From Clostridia bacterium (GTDB lineage Bacteria > Bacillota > Clostridia > TANB77 > RGIG9151), in assembly GCA_017934955.1 (NCBI GenBank), contig JAGBIO010000034.1, positions 2,123-66,122 of the forward strand: a stretch of 64,000 nt of DNA, given 5' to 3'. This document shows positions 38,648 to 48,734 of this stretch, piece by piece. How positions within the stretch are numbered: position 1 is the stretch's first letter; the number at the start of each line of letters is the position of its first letter. Made by a program: the position numbers and the translations under genes. Below the pieces are notes generated by a model. It saw only the letters and a list, made by a program, of their open reading frames with translations, had not been told where the DNA came from and did no database searches.

Positions 38648-38649
38648 AA

Positions 38650-38735
38650 AAGGCAGGACAGCATGAATGCTGTCCGTACGGAAGAAATGTGGCACAATCT
38701 TGTAGGAACACAATTTATTGTGTCCATGGAAAAAG
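38650..38735. repeat. REP pair (type A then type B).
   Basis: Reads ggacagcatgaatgctgtccgtacggaag...gtaggaacacaatttattgtgtcca. Confidence 0.9.
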
Positions 38736-38770
38736 CGGGATAGAAGAGTTATAAAAAGGGGCGATGGAGT

Positions 38771-39238
38771 ATGAAAACGGCGATATATGCGGGGTCTTTT
38801 GATCCGTTTACGAATGGTCATTTGCATGTGTTAAAACAGGCAGTGAAGGTGTTTGATAAAGTTTATGTGGCGATTGCGGTGAATTCGGCGAAAAGCAGAA
38901 GAACGGATAAGGAAGAGATGAAGGCGGTAATGGAGCGTATTTTTATGCGTGAAGGAATTCATAATGCCGAAGTGATTCTTTTTGACGGTTTGACGGTGGA
39001 TTTGGCGATAGAGAAAAAGGCGGAGTTTTTGGTGCGTGGCTTGCGAAACGGGACAGATTATGAGTATGAAGAAACATTGGCGATTGTGAACAGTAAGGTG
39101 GCGAATGTGGAAACAATCTATTTTAGAGCGGGAAAAACATCGCATATCAGTTCTTCGATTGTGATGGAGTTATTCCGTTACGGAAAGGATATTTCCAAGT
39201 GGGTTCCGGAAGAAGTGCTTGAGATACTAAAAAGATAA
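38771..39238 (+). CDS. coaD: Phosphopantetheine adenylyltransferase.
   Basis: Carries the (T/H)xGH nucleotidyltransferase motif FDPFTNGHLHV and the C-terminal HISSSIV. Confidence 0.85.
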   Translation: MKTAIYAGSFDPFTNGHLHVLKQAVKVFDKVYVAIAVNSAKSRRTDKEEMKAVMERIFMREGIHNAEVILFDGLTVDLAIEKKAEFLVRGLRNGTDYEYEETLAIVNSKVANVETIYFRAGKTSHISSSIVMELFRYGKDISKWVPEEVLEILKR

Positions 39239-41233
<1,995 letters not shown>

Positions 41234-41235
41234 GT

Positions 41236-41368
41236 GGACAGCATGAATGCTGTCCGTACGGAAGGGAAGAGGCAGAGTTGCGTGGTGGACACAATAAATT
41301 GTGTCCGTACGGAAGGGAAGAGGCGGAAATGTGATGGACACAATAAATTGTGTCTGTACGGAAGTGAG
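41236..41368. repeat. REP cluster: one type A and two type B, all in the same orientation, with ggaagggaagaggc linkers.
   Basis: Read directly. Confidence 0.9.
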
Positions 41369-41404
41369 GCATAAATATTTGCATGGCGAAATGGAGGAGC
41401 TTAT

Positions 41405-42514
41405 ATGAAGAAACGAATTTTGATTTTGACATCTTATGTGACGGGACATGGGCATAAGAGTATTACAAATGCGTTGGAGGAAGAACTGAAGAAGAGAAGC
41501 GATATTGAGTATAAGTCTGTGGAGGCCTTTGCGTTTGCGGGTAAAATCGGAGTGAGAATCGGAAAGATGTATGCGCCGATTATTCGTACTTCGGAGGATA
41601 TGTGGAAGTTTATTTTTAAGCTTTCTGCAAAGGAGCCGGGTTCGGTTCGTCATGTGGTTCGCCGTTCGATGAAAACGAAGTTTTTGAAATTGTTAAATGA
41701 GTTTAATCCGGATATTATTTTATCGGTGCATCCGGCGTTTACCAGTGCGGTAATTGATTTGATTGAAAAGCGAAAGAAGAAACCGAAGTTTGCCATTTTG
41801 TTTGCGGATTTAATTTCGATTTCTCCGCTTTGGGTGGATCCGCGTGCGGATTTGATGATTGCTCCGACGAAAGAGGCATGGGTTTATGCGTTGAAAAAAG
41901 GGGCAGATGAAGATAAAATGGCGATTTTGAATTTGCCGGTTCGTAAGGAAATTTTAAAGGCAGGGGCAAAGATTAAAGTTGTGGATGAGAAAGCGATTCG
42001 TGAAAAGGAGAATATTGATTTCCTTTTGATGAGTGGCGGAGAAGGTTCGGGAGATATGGGTTCGACGGTAGATAAACTGTTAAAGATTCCGAATTCGAGA
42101 ATTTCGGTGGTTGCCGGAAGAAATACGAAGTTGAAGGAAGTTTTGGAGACGAAGTTCCAAAACGATCGGCAGCGTGTGACAATTTACGGGTATGTGAAAG
42201 ATGTAGAGAATTTGATGACGACGCATGATATCGGAATTGTGCGTGGTAGTCCGAATGTGTTGATGGAGTGTATTACCTGCGATTTGCCGGTAATTATTAC
42301 CGGGACGTTGCCGGGACAGGAAGAAGGAAATGTGGATTTTATTTTAGGAAACGGTTTGGGACTTTTATGTAATAAAAGTGAAGATTTATTGAAAGTGGTT
42401 AATAAGATGATTCGAAACGATAAAGAGCGATTGATTGAGATTAAGAAGAATCAGTTGAAAGTGAGAGATTTAGATGCGGCTGAAAAAATCGTGGATCGGT
42501 TGATGGAACTTTAG
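41405..42514 (+). CDS. GT28-family diacylglycerol glycosyltransferase (MGDG synthase / UgtP-like).
   Basis: The N-terminus reads ILILTSYVTGHGHKS. C-terminal GT-B domain present. GGAGG RBS present. Confidence 0.65.
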   Translation: MKKRILILTSYVTGHGHKSITNALEEELKKRSDIEYKSVEAFAFAGKIGVRIGKMYAPIIRTSEDMWKFIFKLSAKEPGSVRHVVRRSMKTKFLKLLNEFNPDIILSVHPAFTSAVIDLIEKRKKKPKFAILFADLISISPLWVDPRADLMIAPTKEAWVYALKKGADEDKMAILNLPVRKEILKAGAKIKVVDEKAIREKENIDFLLMSGGEGSGDMGSTVDKLLKIPNSRISVVAGRNTKLKEVLETKFQNDRQRVTIYGYVKDVENLMTTHDIGIVRGSPNVLMECITCDLPVIITGTLPGQEEGNVDFILGNGLGLLCNKSEDLLKVVNKMIRNDKERLIEIKKNQLKVRDLDAAEKIVDRLMEL

Positions 42515-42528
42515 AGAGGGTGGTTTGA

Positions 42529-42813
42529 GTGATAGAGAAAAAGGATATTTTATATGTGGCAAAATTGGCGAAATTAAGCTTGTCGGAGGAGGAAATTCAG
42601 GCGTTGACTCCGCAGATGGGGGAAATTATCGAGTTTGCGAATAATATCAGTAAATTAGATACAGAGGGTGTTTTGCCGACGAATCATATTTTGGAGATTC
42701 AGAATGTTTTTCGTAAGGATGAGGTGAAGGAGTCTTATCCGAGAGAGGATATTATTAAGAACGCTCCGACGAAGGAAGCGGGCTGTATTTTGGTGCCGAA
42801 TGTGGTGGAATAG
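42529..42813 (+). CDS. gatC: Glutamyl/aspartyl-tRNA amidotransferase subunit C.
   Basis: 94 aa carrying LAKLSLSEEE...L. GTG start follows a GAGAGGG RBS. Precedes gatA and gatB. Confidence 0.8.
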   Translation: MIEKKDILYVAKLAKLSLSEEEIQALTPQMGEIIEFANNISKLDTEGVLPTNHILEIQNVFRKDEVKESYPREDIIKNAPTKEAGCILVPNVVE

Positions 42814-42816
42814 GCA

Positions 42817-43103
42817 TTAGGACAGCATGAATGCTGTCCGTACAGAAAGGTAGAGGTATAATGGGACACAATAAATTGTGTCCGTACAGAAAGGTAGAGG
42901 TATAATGGGACAGAATGAAATAGGCAGAAACTGGTGTAGGGACACAATTTATTGTGTCCATGGAAGAGGCAGAAACTAGTGTAGAGGTATAATGGGACAG
43001 CATGAATGCTGTCCGTACGGAAGGGTAGAGGAAAAATCGGCAGAAACCGGTGTAGGGACAGCATTTATGCTGTCCATGAAATAGGCAGAAACTACTGCAG
43101 AGG
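42817..43103. repeat. REP cluster of five or six elements (types A and B) between gatC and gatA.
   Basis: Read directly. Linkers include gaaaggtagaggtataatgg and aataggcagaaac. Confidence 0.9.
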
Positions 43104-43138
43104 CAAAAATGGGATTTTGGGGAAAGGATTTGAGATAG

Positions 43139-44566
43139 ATGGAATGGTGTGAATATACTGCTCATGAGTTGGCAGAAATGTATCGAAGCAAGAAAGTGAC
43201 GGTTCGGGAAGTTGTGGAATCGGTTTATCGGAAGATTGAGGAGAGAGAGGGCGTTGTGAAGGCGTATATCTCTTTACAGAAGGAAGAGGCTTTAAAGCAG
43301 GCGGATGAAATCCAGAAGGCGTTTGATAACGGGGAAGAGTTGCCGTTATTGGCGGGGATTCCGGTTGCGGTGAAGGATAATATTTGTACAAAGGGCGTTG
43401 CGACGACTTGTGCGTCTAAGATGTTGGAAAATTTTGTTCCGCCTTTTGATGCGACGGTGATGGACAAGCTACATGAAAATAGATGTATTGTGATTGGAAA
43501 GACGAATTTGGATGAGTTTGCGATGGGTGGTTCGACGGAAAACTCGGCGTTTTGTAAGACGACAAATCCGCATAATGCGGAATGTGTTCCGGGCGGAAGC
43601 AGCGGCGGTTCTGCTGCGGCGGTTTCGGCGGATGAGGCGATTTTTTCCTTGGGGTCGGATACCGGTGGATCGATTCGTCAACCATCTTCCTTCTGCGGTG
43701 TGGTTGGTTTGAAGCCGACTTACGGGACAGTGTCGAGATATGGATTGATTGCGTTTGCGTCTTCTTTGGATCAGATTGGACCGATTACGAAGGACGTTAC
43801 CGATGCGGCTTTGGTGATGAATGTGATTTCGGGAAGAGATGAGAAGGATTCTACTTCGGTGGAACTTGAGAAGAAAGATTATACAAAGGCTTTGGTGAAG
43901 GATGTTAAAGGATTAAAAATCGGATTGCCGAAGGAGTTTTTCGGAGAGGGAATCCATGAAGAAGTAAAGAGCGTCGTTATGGCGGCAGTAAAGGAATTAG
44001 AGGCGAAGGGTGCAATTGTGGAAGAGTTTTCTATGCCGGTGATTGAGCATGCTTTACCGATTTACTATATTCTTTCTTCAGCGGAGGCAAGTTCGAATTT
44101 GTCGAGATTTGATGGGATTAAGTATGGTTACAGAAGTCCGAATGCGAAGAATTTGAATGAGATTTATGAGATGAGCAGAAGTGAAGGATTCGGACCGGAA
44201 GTAAAGAGAAGAATCATGTTGGGGACTTACGTTCTTAGTTCGGGATATTATGATGCGTATTATCATAAGGCGTTAAAGGCGAGAACCTTGGTAAGAGACG
44301 AGTTTAACAAGGCGTTTGAAAAGTATGATGTTATTATCGGGCCTACTGCTCCGATGACGGCGTTTAAGATTGGAGAAAAATCCGGTAATCCGGTGGAGAT
44401 GTATTTGGCGGATATTTGCACGGTCCCGGTAAATATTGCGGGTGTTCCTGCGATTTCGGTTCCGGTTGGGTTTGATAAAAACAAGATGCCGGTGGGAATG
44501 CAGATTATCGGAAATATTTTTGAGGAAGAAAAGATTTTGCGTGTGGCTTATAATACGGAGAAATAG
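43139..44566 (+). CDS. gatA: Glutamyl-tRNA(Gln) amidotransferase subunit A.
   Basis: Amidase signature [11 protein letters not shown] plus the Ser-cisSer-Lys triad context. Confidence 0.9.
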   Translation: MEWCEYTAHELAEMYRSKKVTVREVVESVYRKIEEREGVVKAYISLQKEEALKQADEIQKAFDNGEELPLLAGIPVAVKDNICTKGVATTCASKMLENFVPPFDATVMDKLHENRCIVIGKTNLDEFAMGGSTENSAFCKTTNPHNAECVPGGSSGGSAAAVSADEAIFSLGSDTGGSIRQPSSFCGVVGLKPTYGTVSRYGLIAFASSLDQIGPITKDVTDAALVMNVISGRDEKDSTSVELEKKDYTKALVKDVKGLKIGLPKEFFGEGIHEEVKSVVMAAVKELEAKGAIVEEFSMPVIEHALPIYYILSSAEASSNLSRFDGIKYGYRSPNAKNLNEIYEMSRSEGFGPEVKRRIMLGTYVLSSGYYDAYYHKALKARTLVRDEFNKAFEKYDVIIGPTAPMTAFKIGEKSGNPVEMYLADICTVPVNIAGVPAISVPVGFDKNKMPVGMQIIGNIFEEEKILRVAYNTEK

Positions 44567-44569
44567 GCA

Positions 44570-44690
44570 GAAACGGTATATGGACACAATAAATTGTGCC
44601 CGTACAGGAAAAAAAGGAAAATCAATATATGGACAGAAATAGGCAGAAATGATGTATGGACACAATTTATTGTGTCCCTGAAATAGGCAT
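44570..44690. repeat. REP cluster between gatA and gatB (two type B plus a partial).
   Basis: Reads ggacacaataaattgtgcccgtac ... ggacacaatttattgtgtccctg. Confidence 0.85.
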
Positions 44691-44709
44691 TATGTTGGAG
44701 GTTGATAGT

Positions 44710-46143
44710 ATGGAATATGAAAGTGTGATTGGTCTTGAAATACATTCGGAGCTTTCTACAAAGACAAAGATTTTTTGTGGTTGTACGACGGAGTTTGGCG
44801 GAGATGTGAATACACATTGCTGCCCGATTTGTTCCGGAATGCCGGGAACGCTTCCGGTGATGAATGAGAAGGTTGTGGAATACGCGGTGAAGGCGGGGCT
44901 TGCGATGAATTGCGAGATTTCATTATTCAGCAAGCAGGACAGAAAAAATTATTTTTATCCGGATTTGCCGAAGGCGTATCAGATTTCTCAGTATGATTTG
45001 CCTATTTGTAAAAATGGTTATCTTGATATTACGGTGAATAACGAAGTGAAGAGAATCGGTATTACTCGAATTCATGTGGAGGAGGATGCCGGTAAACTTT
45101 TACATAATGCTTGGGGCAACGGAACATTGGTGGATATGAATCGTTGCGGTGTGCCGTTGATTGAGATTGTTACGGAACCGGATATGAGAAGCGCGGAGGA
45201 AGCGAAGGCTTTATTGGAGAAGATTCGTACGATTTTGCGTTATATCGATGTTTCGGATTGTAAGATGCAGGAGGGTTCTTTGCGTTGTGACGTAAACGTT
45301 TCGGTTATGCCGAAGGGTTCTACGGAGTTTGGTACGAGAACCGAGATGAAGAATATCAGCTCATTTAGTGCTACTGAAAGAGCGATTAATACCGAGATTG
45401 CACGTCAGATTAATGTGGTAAGTGAGGGCGGTACGATTTCGCAGGAGACAAGACGTTGGGATGATGAGAAGGGCGAAAGTTTTGTGATGAGAACGAAGGA
45501 AGATGCACAGGATTATCGTTATTTCCCGGAACCGGATTTGGCTCCGATTGTGTTGACGGAGGAATATGTCGAGAATATTCGCAAGAATTTGCCGGAGTTA
45601 CCGGATAAGAAGCATGCGAGATACTTGTCGGAATATGGCTTGTCAGAGTATGATACGACGTTGTTGGTACAGACGAAGGAGCTTGCGAAGTTCTTTGAGG
45701 AAGCAGTTTCTTACGGGGCTTTACCGAAGGCGGCAAGCAACTGGATTTTGGGAGATATTTCGAAGGTGTTGAATGAACGCGGTATTACGATTGAGGAGAT
45801 TGAAATTACACCGAAGCAGTTGGCGGAATTGATAGGAGAGATTTCTAACGGTAAAATCAGCAATACGGCGGGTAAGACGGTGTTTGAAGAAATGTTGTTG
45901 AACACCGGAAAGTCGGTTGCGGAGATTATTGAGGAGAAAGGTTTGGCGCAAGTGAGCGACGAAGGAGCTATTTTAGAGATGGTGAAAAAAGTTCTTTCGG
46001 AGAATGCGGAGTCGATTGAGGCGTATAAGAAGGGTAAGACAAATGTTGTCGGTTTCTTAGTGGGAAAAGTAATGAAGGAAAGTCAAGGAAAAGCAAATCC
46101 GAAGATTATCAATCAATTGATTGTGGAAGAATTGAACAAATAG
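44710..46143 (+). CDS. gatB: Glutamyl/aspartyl-tRNA amidotransferase subunit B.
   Basis: The GatB N-terminus reads GLEIHSELSTKTKIFCGC and the C-terminal YqeY-like domain is present. ATG 44710 follows a GGAGG RBS. The track start at 44656 lies inside a REP. Confidence 0.9.
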   Translation: MEYESVIGLEIHSELSTKTKIFCGCTTEFGGDVNTHCCPICSGMPGTLPVMNEKVVEYAVKAGLAMNCEISLFSKQDRKNYFYPDLPKAYQISQYDLPICKNGYLDITVNNEVKRIGITRIHVEEDAGKLLHNAWGNGTLVDMNRCGVPLIEIVTEPDMRSAEEAKALLEKIRTILRYIDVSDCKMQEGSLRCDVNVSVMPKGSTEFGTRTEMKNISSFSATERAINTEIARQINVVSEGGTISQETRRWDDEKGESFVMRTKEDAQDYRYFPEPDLAPIVLTEEYVENIRKNLPELPDKKHARYLSEYGLSEYDTTLLVQTKELAKFFEEAVSYGALPKAASNWILGDISKVLNERGITIEEIEITPKQLAELIGEISNGKISNTAGKTVFEEMLLNTGKSVAEIIEEKGLAQVSDEGAILEMVKKVLSENAESIEAYKKGKTNVVGFLVGKVMKESQGKANPKIINQLIVEELNK

Positions 46144-46960
46144 GCAGGACAGCATGGATGAGGAAGAAACTTCGAATGGACAGCATGAATGCTGTCCGTA
46201 CAGAAAGAGGCAGAAATTTTATATGAATAGAATGAAAGAAGCAGGAACTTTGTAGGGACAGCATTTATGCTGTCCACATACAAGGAAAAAAATAAAAAAC
46301 AGAGGACCGGAGAAATGGAGTAAAAGTTGAAGTTTAATGGTAGAAAAGTAATTAGAAAGTCCGGGTATAATTATTCGTTTTCAGGTTGTTATTTTATTAC
46401 AATTTGTTCGAAGGAGAAAAAGTTTATTTTTGGCGATATAAAAGAACGAAAAATGTATTTAAATGAAGTTGGGAAACTTACGAAATTAGAAATTCTAAGG
46501 TTAAATAATGAAAAAGATGTAGATGTTGTTAAATTTGTTATCATGCCCAATCATGTGCATTTATTAATTTTCTTAAAAAGTGATGCGAATTGTTTTATAG
46601 AACGTAAAGGGAAAAAATTAGAAGATGTAAGAGTACTTGCGGAGGCACGTATTCCGAAAATAATACAACAATTTAAATCAAGGGTTTCAAGATGTGTTGG
46701 AACAAGCATTTGGCATTCGAGATATCATGATCATATTGTGAGAAATCAGCGGGAATATAAGATGATATATAATTATATAGAGAATAATCCGATGAATTGG
46801 GACAAAGATTGCTATCGATAGGAGGTAGAATGGACAGCATGAATGCTGTCCGTACAGAGGGAAAGAGACAGGAACTTTGAATGGACAGCATGAATGCTGT
46901 CCGTACAGAAGGAAAGAGACAGAAACTTTGAATGGACAGCGTTTATGCTGTCCACAGACA
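46144..46960. mobile_element. REPtron-like block: a REP cluster (46144..46290), the RAYT gene, then a second REP cluster (46822..46960).
   Basis: The gene sits immediately between two sets of inverted type-A REPs of the same family that is dispersed through the window. Confidence 0.7.
46327..46821 (+). CDS. IS200/IS605-like Y1 HuH transposase, interpreted as a REP-associated tyrosine transposase (RAYT).
   Basis: HuH motif reads IMPNHVHLLI. The C-terminal region reads WHSRYHDHIVRNQREYKMIYNYIENNPMNW, with the Tyr and Q/NNP motif of the Y1_Tnp family. 164 aa single ORF with no TnpB. TTG start 6 nt after GGAG. Confidence 0.7.
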   Translation: MKFNGRKVIRKSGYNYSFSGCYFITICSKEKKFIFGDIKERKMYLNEVGKLTKLEILRLNNEKDVDVVKFVIMPNHVHLLIFLKSDANCFIERKGKKLEDVRVLAEARIPKIIQQFKSRVSRCVGTSIWHSRYHDHIVRNQREYKMIYNYIENNPMNWDKDCYR

Positions 46961-46994
46961 AGAGAAGAAATAAATTATAAGGGAGATAACAGAA

Positions 46995-48392
46995 GTGGCG
47001 ATTAAGGTATTAAGTGACGAGGAAATGCGGGTGCAGAAGGGATTTATTGAGAAGATGCGCTCGTTTGCGACAGGAAAAATGTATCATATTTTTACGATGG
47101 GTTGTCAGTTGAATGAGAATGAGTCGGAGAAGCTTGCGGGAATGGCGAGTGAAATGGGGTATTCTTTTACCGATCAGCCGGAGACGGCGGATTTGGTGAT
47201 TTTTAATACTTGCTGTATTCGTGAAAATGCGGAGGATAAGATTTTAGGACAGTTGGGTTATTTTAAGGCTTTAAAAAGAACCAAAACCGATATGGTTTTG
47301 GCTCTTTGTGGCTGTATGGCGCAGGAGCCGCATATGGTGGAAAAGTTTCATAAGACGCATGGACAGCATTTGGACTTGATTTTCGGAACGCATAATTTAT
47401 ATCGTTTTCCGGAGTTGTTATACGAGGCAGTGACGACGCAAAAGAAGCAGGAAGATATTTGGGAGATGGACGGTACTTTGGCGGAGGATATTCCGATTAA
47501 GAGGGATAGCAGTTTGAAGGCGTCTGTGACGATTATGTACGGTTGTAATAATTTCTGTTCGTATTGTATTGTGCCGTATGTGCGTGGACGTGAGAGAAGT
47601 CGTGAGCCGGAAAAGATTTTGGAGGAAATTCGAGGTTTGGCGAAGGACGGCTATAAGGAGATTACTTTGCTTGGACAAAATGTGAATTCTTATGGAAAAG
47701 ATTTGGCAAATCCCATGTCTTTTGCGGAGCTTTTGAAGGAGATTTGTAAGGTTGACGGTATTTTTCGAATTCGTTTTATGAGTCCGCACCCGAAGGATTT
47801 TTCCGATGAATTGATTGATGTGATTGCGACGGAGGAGAAAGTGACGAAGTGTATTCATTTGCCGTTGCAGTCGGGAAGTACGAATGTGTTAAAGAGTATG
47901 AATCGGAAGTATACGAAGGAGCAATATTTGGCTTTGGTGGATAAGATGCGGGTGAAGATTCCGAATGTGACGTTTACGACGGATATTATTGTGGGATTTC
48001 CGGGGGAGACGGAAGAAGATTTCTTGGATACGATGGATGTGGTGAGACGGGTTCGATATGATTCGGCGTTTACTTTTGTTTATTCTCGTCGTGTGGGTAC
48101 GGTTGCGGATAAGATGGAGAATCAGATTGAGGAAGAAGTGAAGAAGGAGCGTATCGGCAGACTGATCGAGCTGGTAAATAGTATTTTAGAGGAACAGAAT
48201 GAGAAGTTTGTTGGGACGATTCAGAAGGTTTTGGTGGAAGGCAGAAGTAAGACGAATCCGGAAATGTTGACGGGAAGAATTGAGTCGGGAAAGGTGATTA
48301 ATTTTTCCGGCGGGGATGACTTAATCGGAAAAGTGATTGATTTGAAGATTACGGAGCAGAGAAAGTGGTATTTAACGGGGGTTTTAGCATAG
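46995..48392 (+). CDS. miaB: tRNA-i6A37 methylthiotransferase MiaB (radical SAM MTTase).
   Basis: N-terminal MTTase domain with a Cys triad. Radical SAM motif CSYCIVPY. C-terminal TRAM domain. The start is uncertain: GTG 46995, ATG 47025 or ATG 47058. Confidence 0.8.
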   Translation: MAIKVLSDEEMRVQKGFIEKMRSFATGKMYHIFTMGCQLNENESEKLAGMASEMGYSFTDQPETADLVIFNTCCIRENAEDKILGQLGYFKALKRTKTDMVLALCGCMAQEPHMVEKFHKTHGQHLDLIFGTHNLYRFPELLYEAVTTQKKQEDIWEMDGTLAEDIPIKRDSSLKASVTIMYGCNNFCSYCIVPYVRGRERSREPEKILEEIRGLAKDGYKEITLLGQNVNSYGKDLANPMSFAELLKEICKVDGIFRIRFMSPHPKDFSDELIDVIATEEKVTKCIHLPLQSGSTNVLKSMNRKYTKEQYLALVDKMRVKIPNVTFTTDIIVGFPGETEEDFLDTMDVVRRVRYDSAFTFVYSRRVGTVADKMENQIEEEVKKERIGRLIELVNSILEEQNEKFVGTIQKVLVEGRSKTNPEMLTGRIESGKVINFSGGDDLIGKVIDLKITEQRKWYLTGVLA

Positions 48393-48394
48393 GG

Positions 48395-48712
48395 AAAAGG
48401 CAGGAATTATGTAGGGTGGACAGCATGAATGCTGTCCGTACGGAAGAAAGAGGCAGGAATTATGTAGGGTGGACAGCATGAATGCTGTCCGTACGGAAGA
48501 AAGAGGCAGGAATTATGTAGGGTGGACAGCATGAATGGTGTCCGTACGGAAGAAAAGCAGAAATTTTGTGGGATGGACAGCATGAATGGTGTCCGTACGG
48601 AAGAAAAGCAGAAATTTTGTGGGATGGACAGCATGAATGGTGTCCGTACGGAAGAAAAGCAGAAATTTTGTGGGATGGACAGCATTTATGCTGTCCGTAG
48701 AAGAGGCAGAAA
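48395..48712. repeat. Tandem array of seven REPs, all in one orientation. Three 50-bp units are followed by three 45-bp units carrying the variant GGACAGCATGAATGGTGTCC, then one more.
   Basis: Identical inter-repeat sequences, so these are REP tandems and not CRISPR. They translate as an artificial mutS N-terminal extension in the ORF track. Confidence 0.9.
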
Positions 48713-48734
48713 TTATAGAAACGGAGAGAAAAAA

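Noticed and set aside
42735-43165. Minus-strand ORFs of 109 and 136 aa, and similar ORFs at 48407..48791, 56042..56464, 60197..60580, 41045..41653 and 4097..4279.
   Set aside because: They are entirely composed of translated REP palindromes and linkers, with repetitive CPY/GQHSCCP/TDSIHAV peptides, no RBS, and overlap with real genes.
48395-48712. Regularly spaced direct repeats that look like a CRISPR array.
   Set aside because: The sequences between the repeats are identical to each other within each block, the repeat is the genome-wide REP palindrome, and no cas genes are nearby. It is a REP tandem array and not CRISPR.
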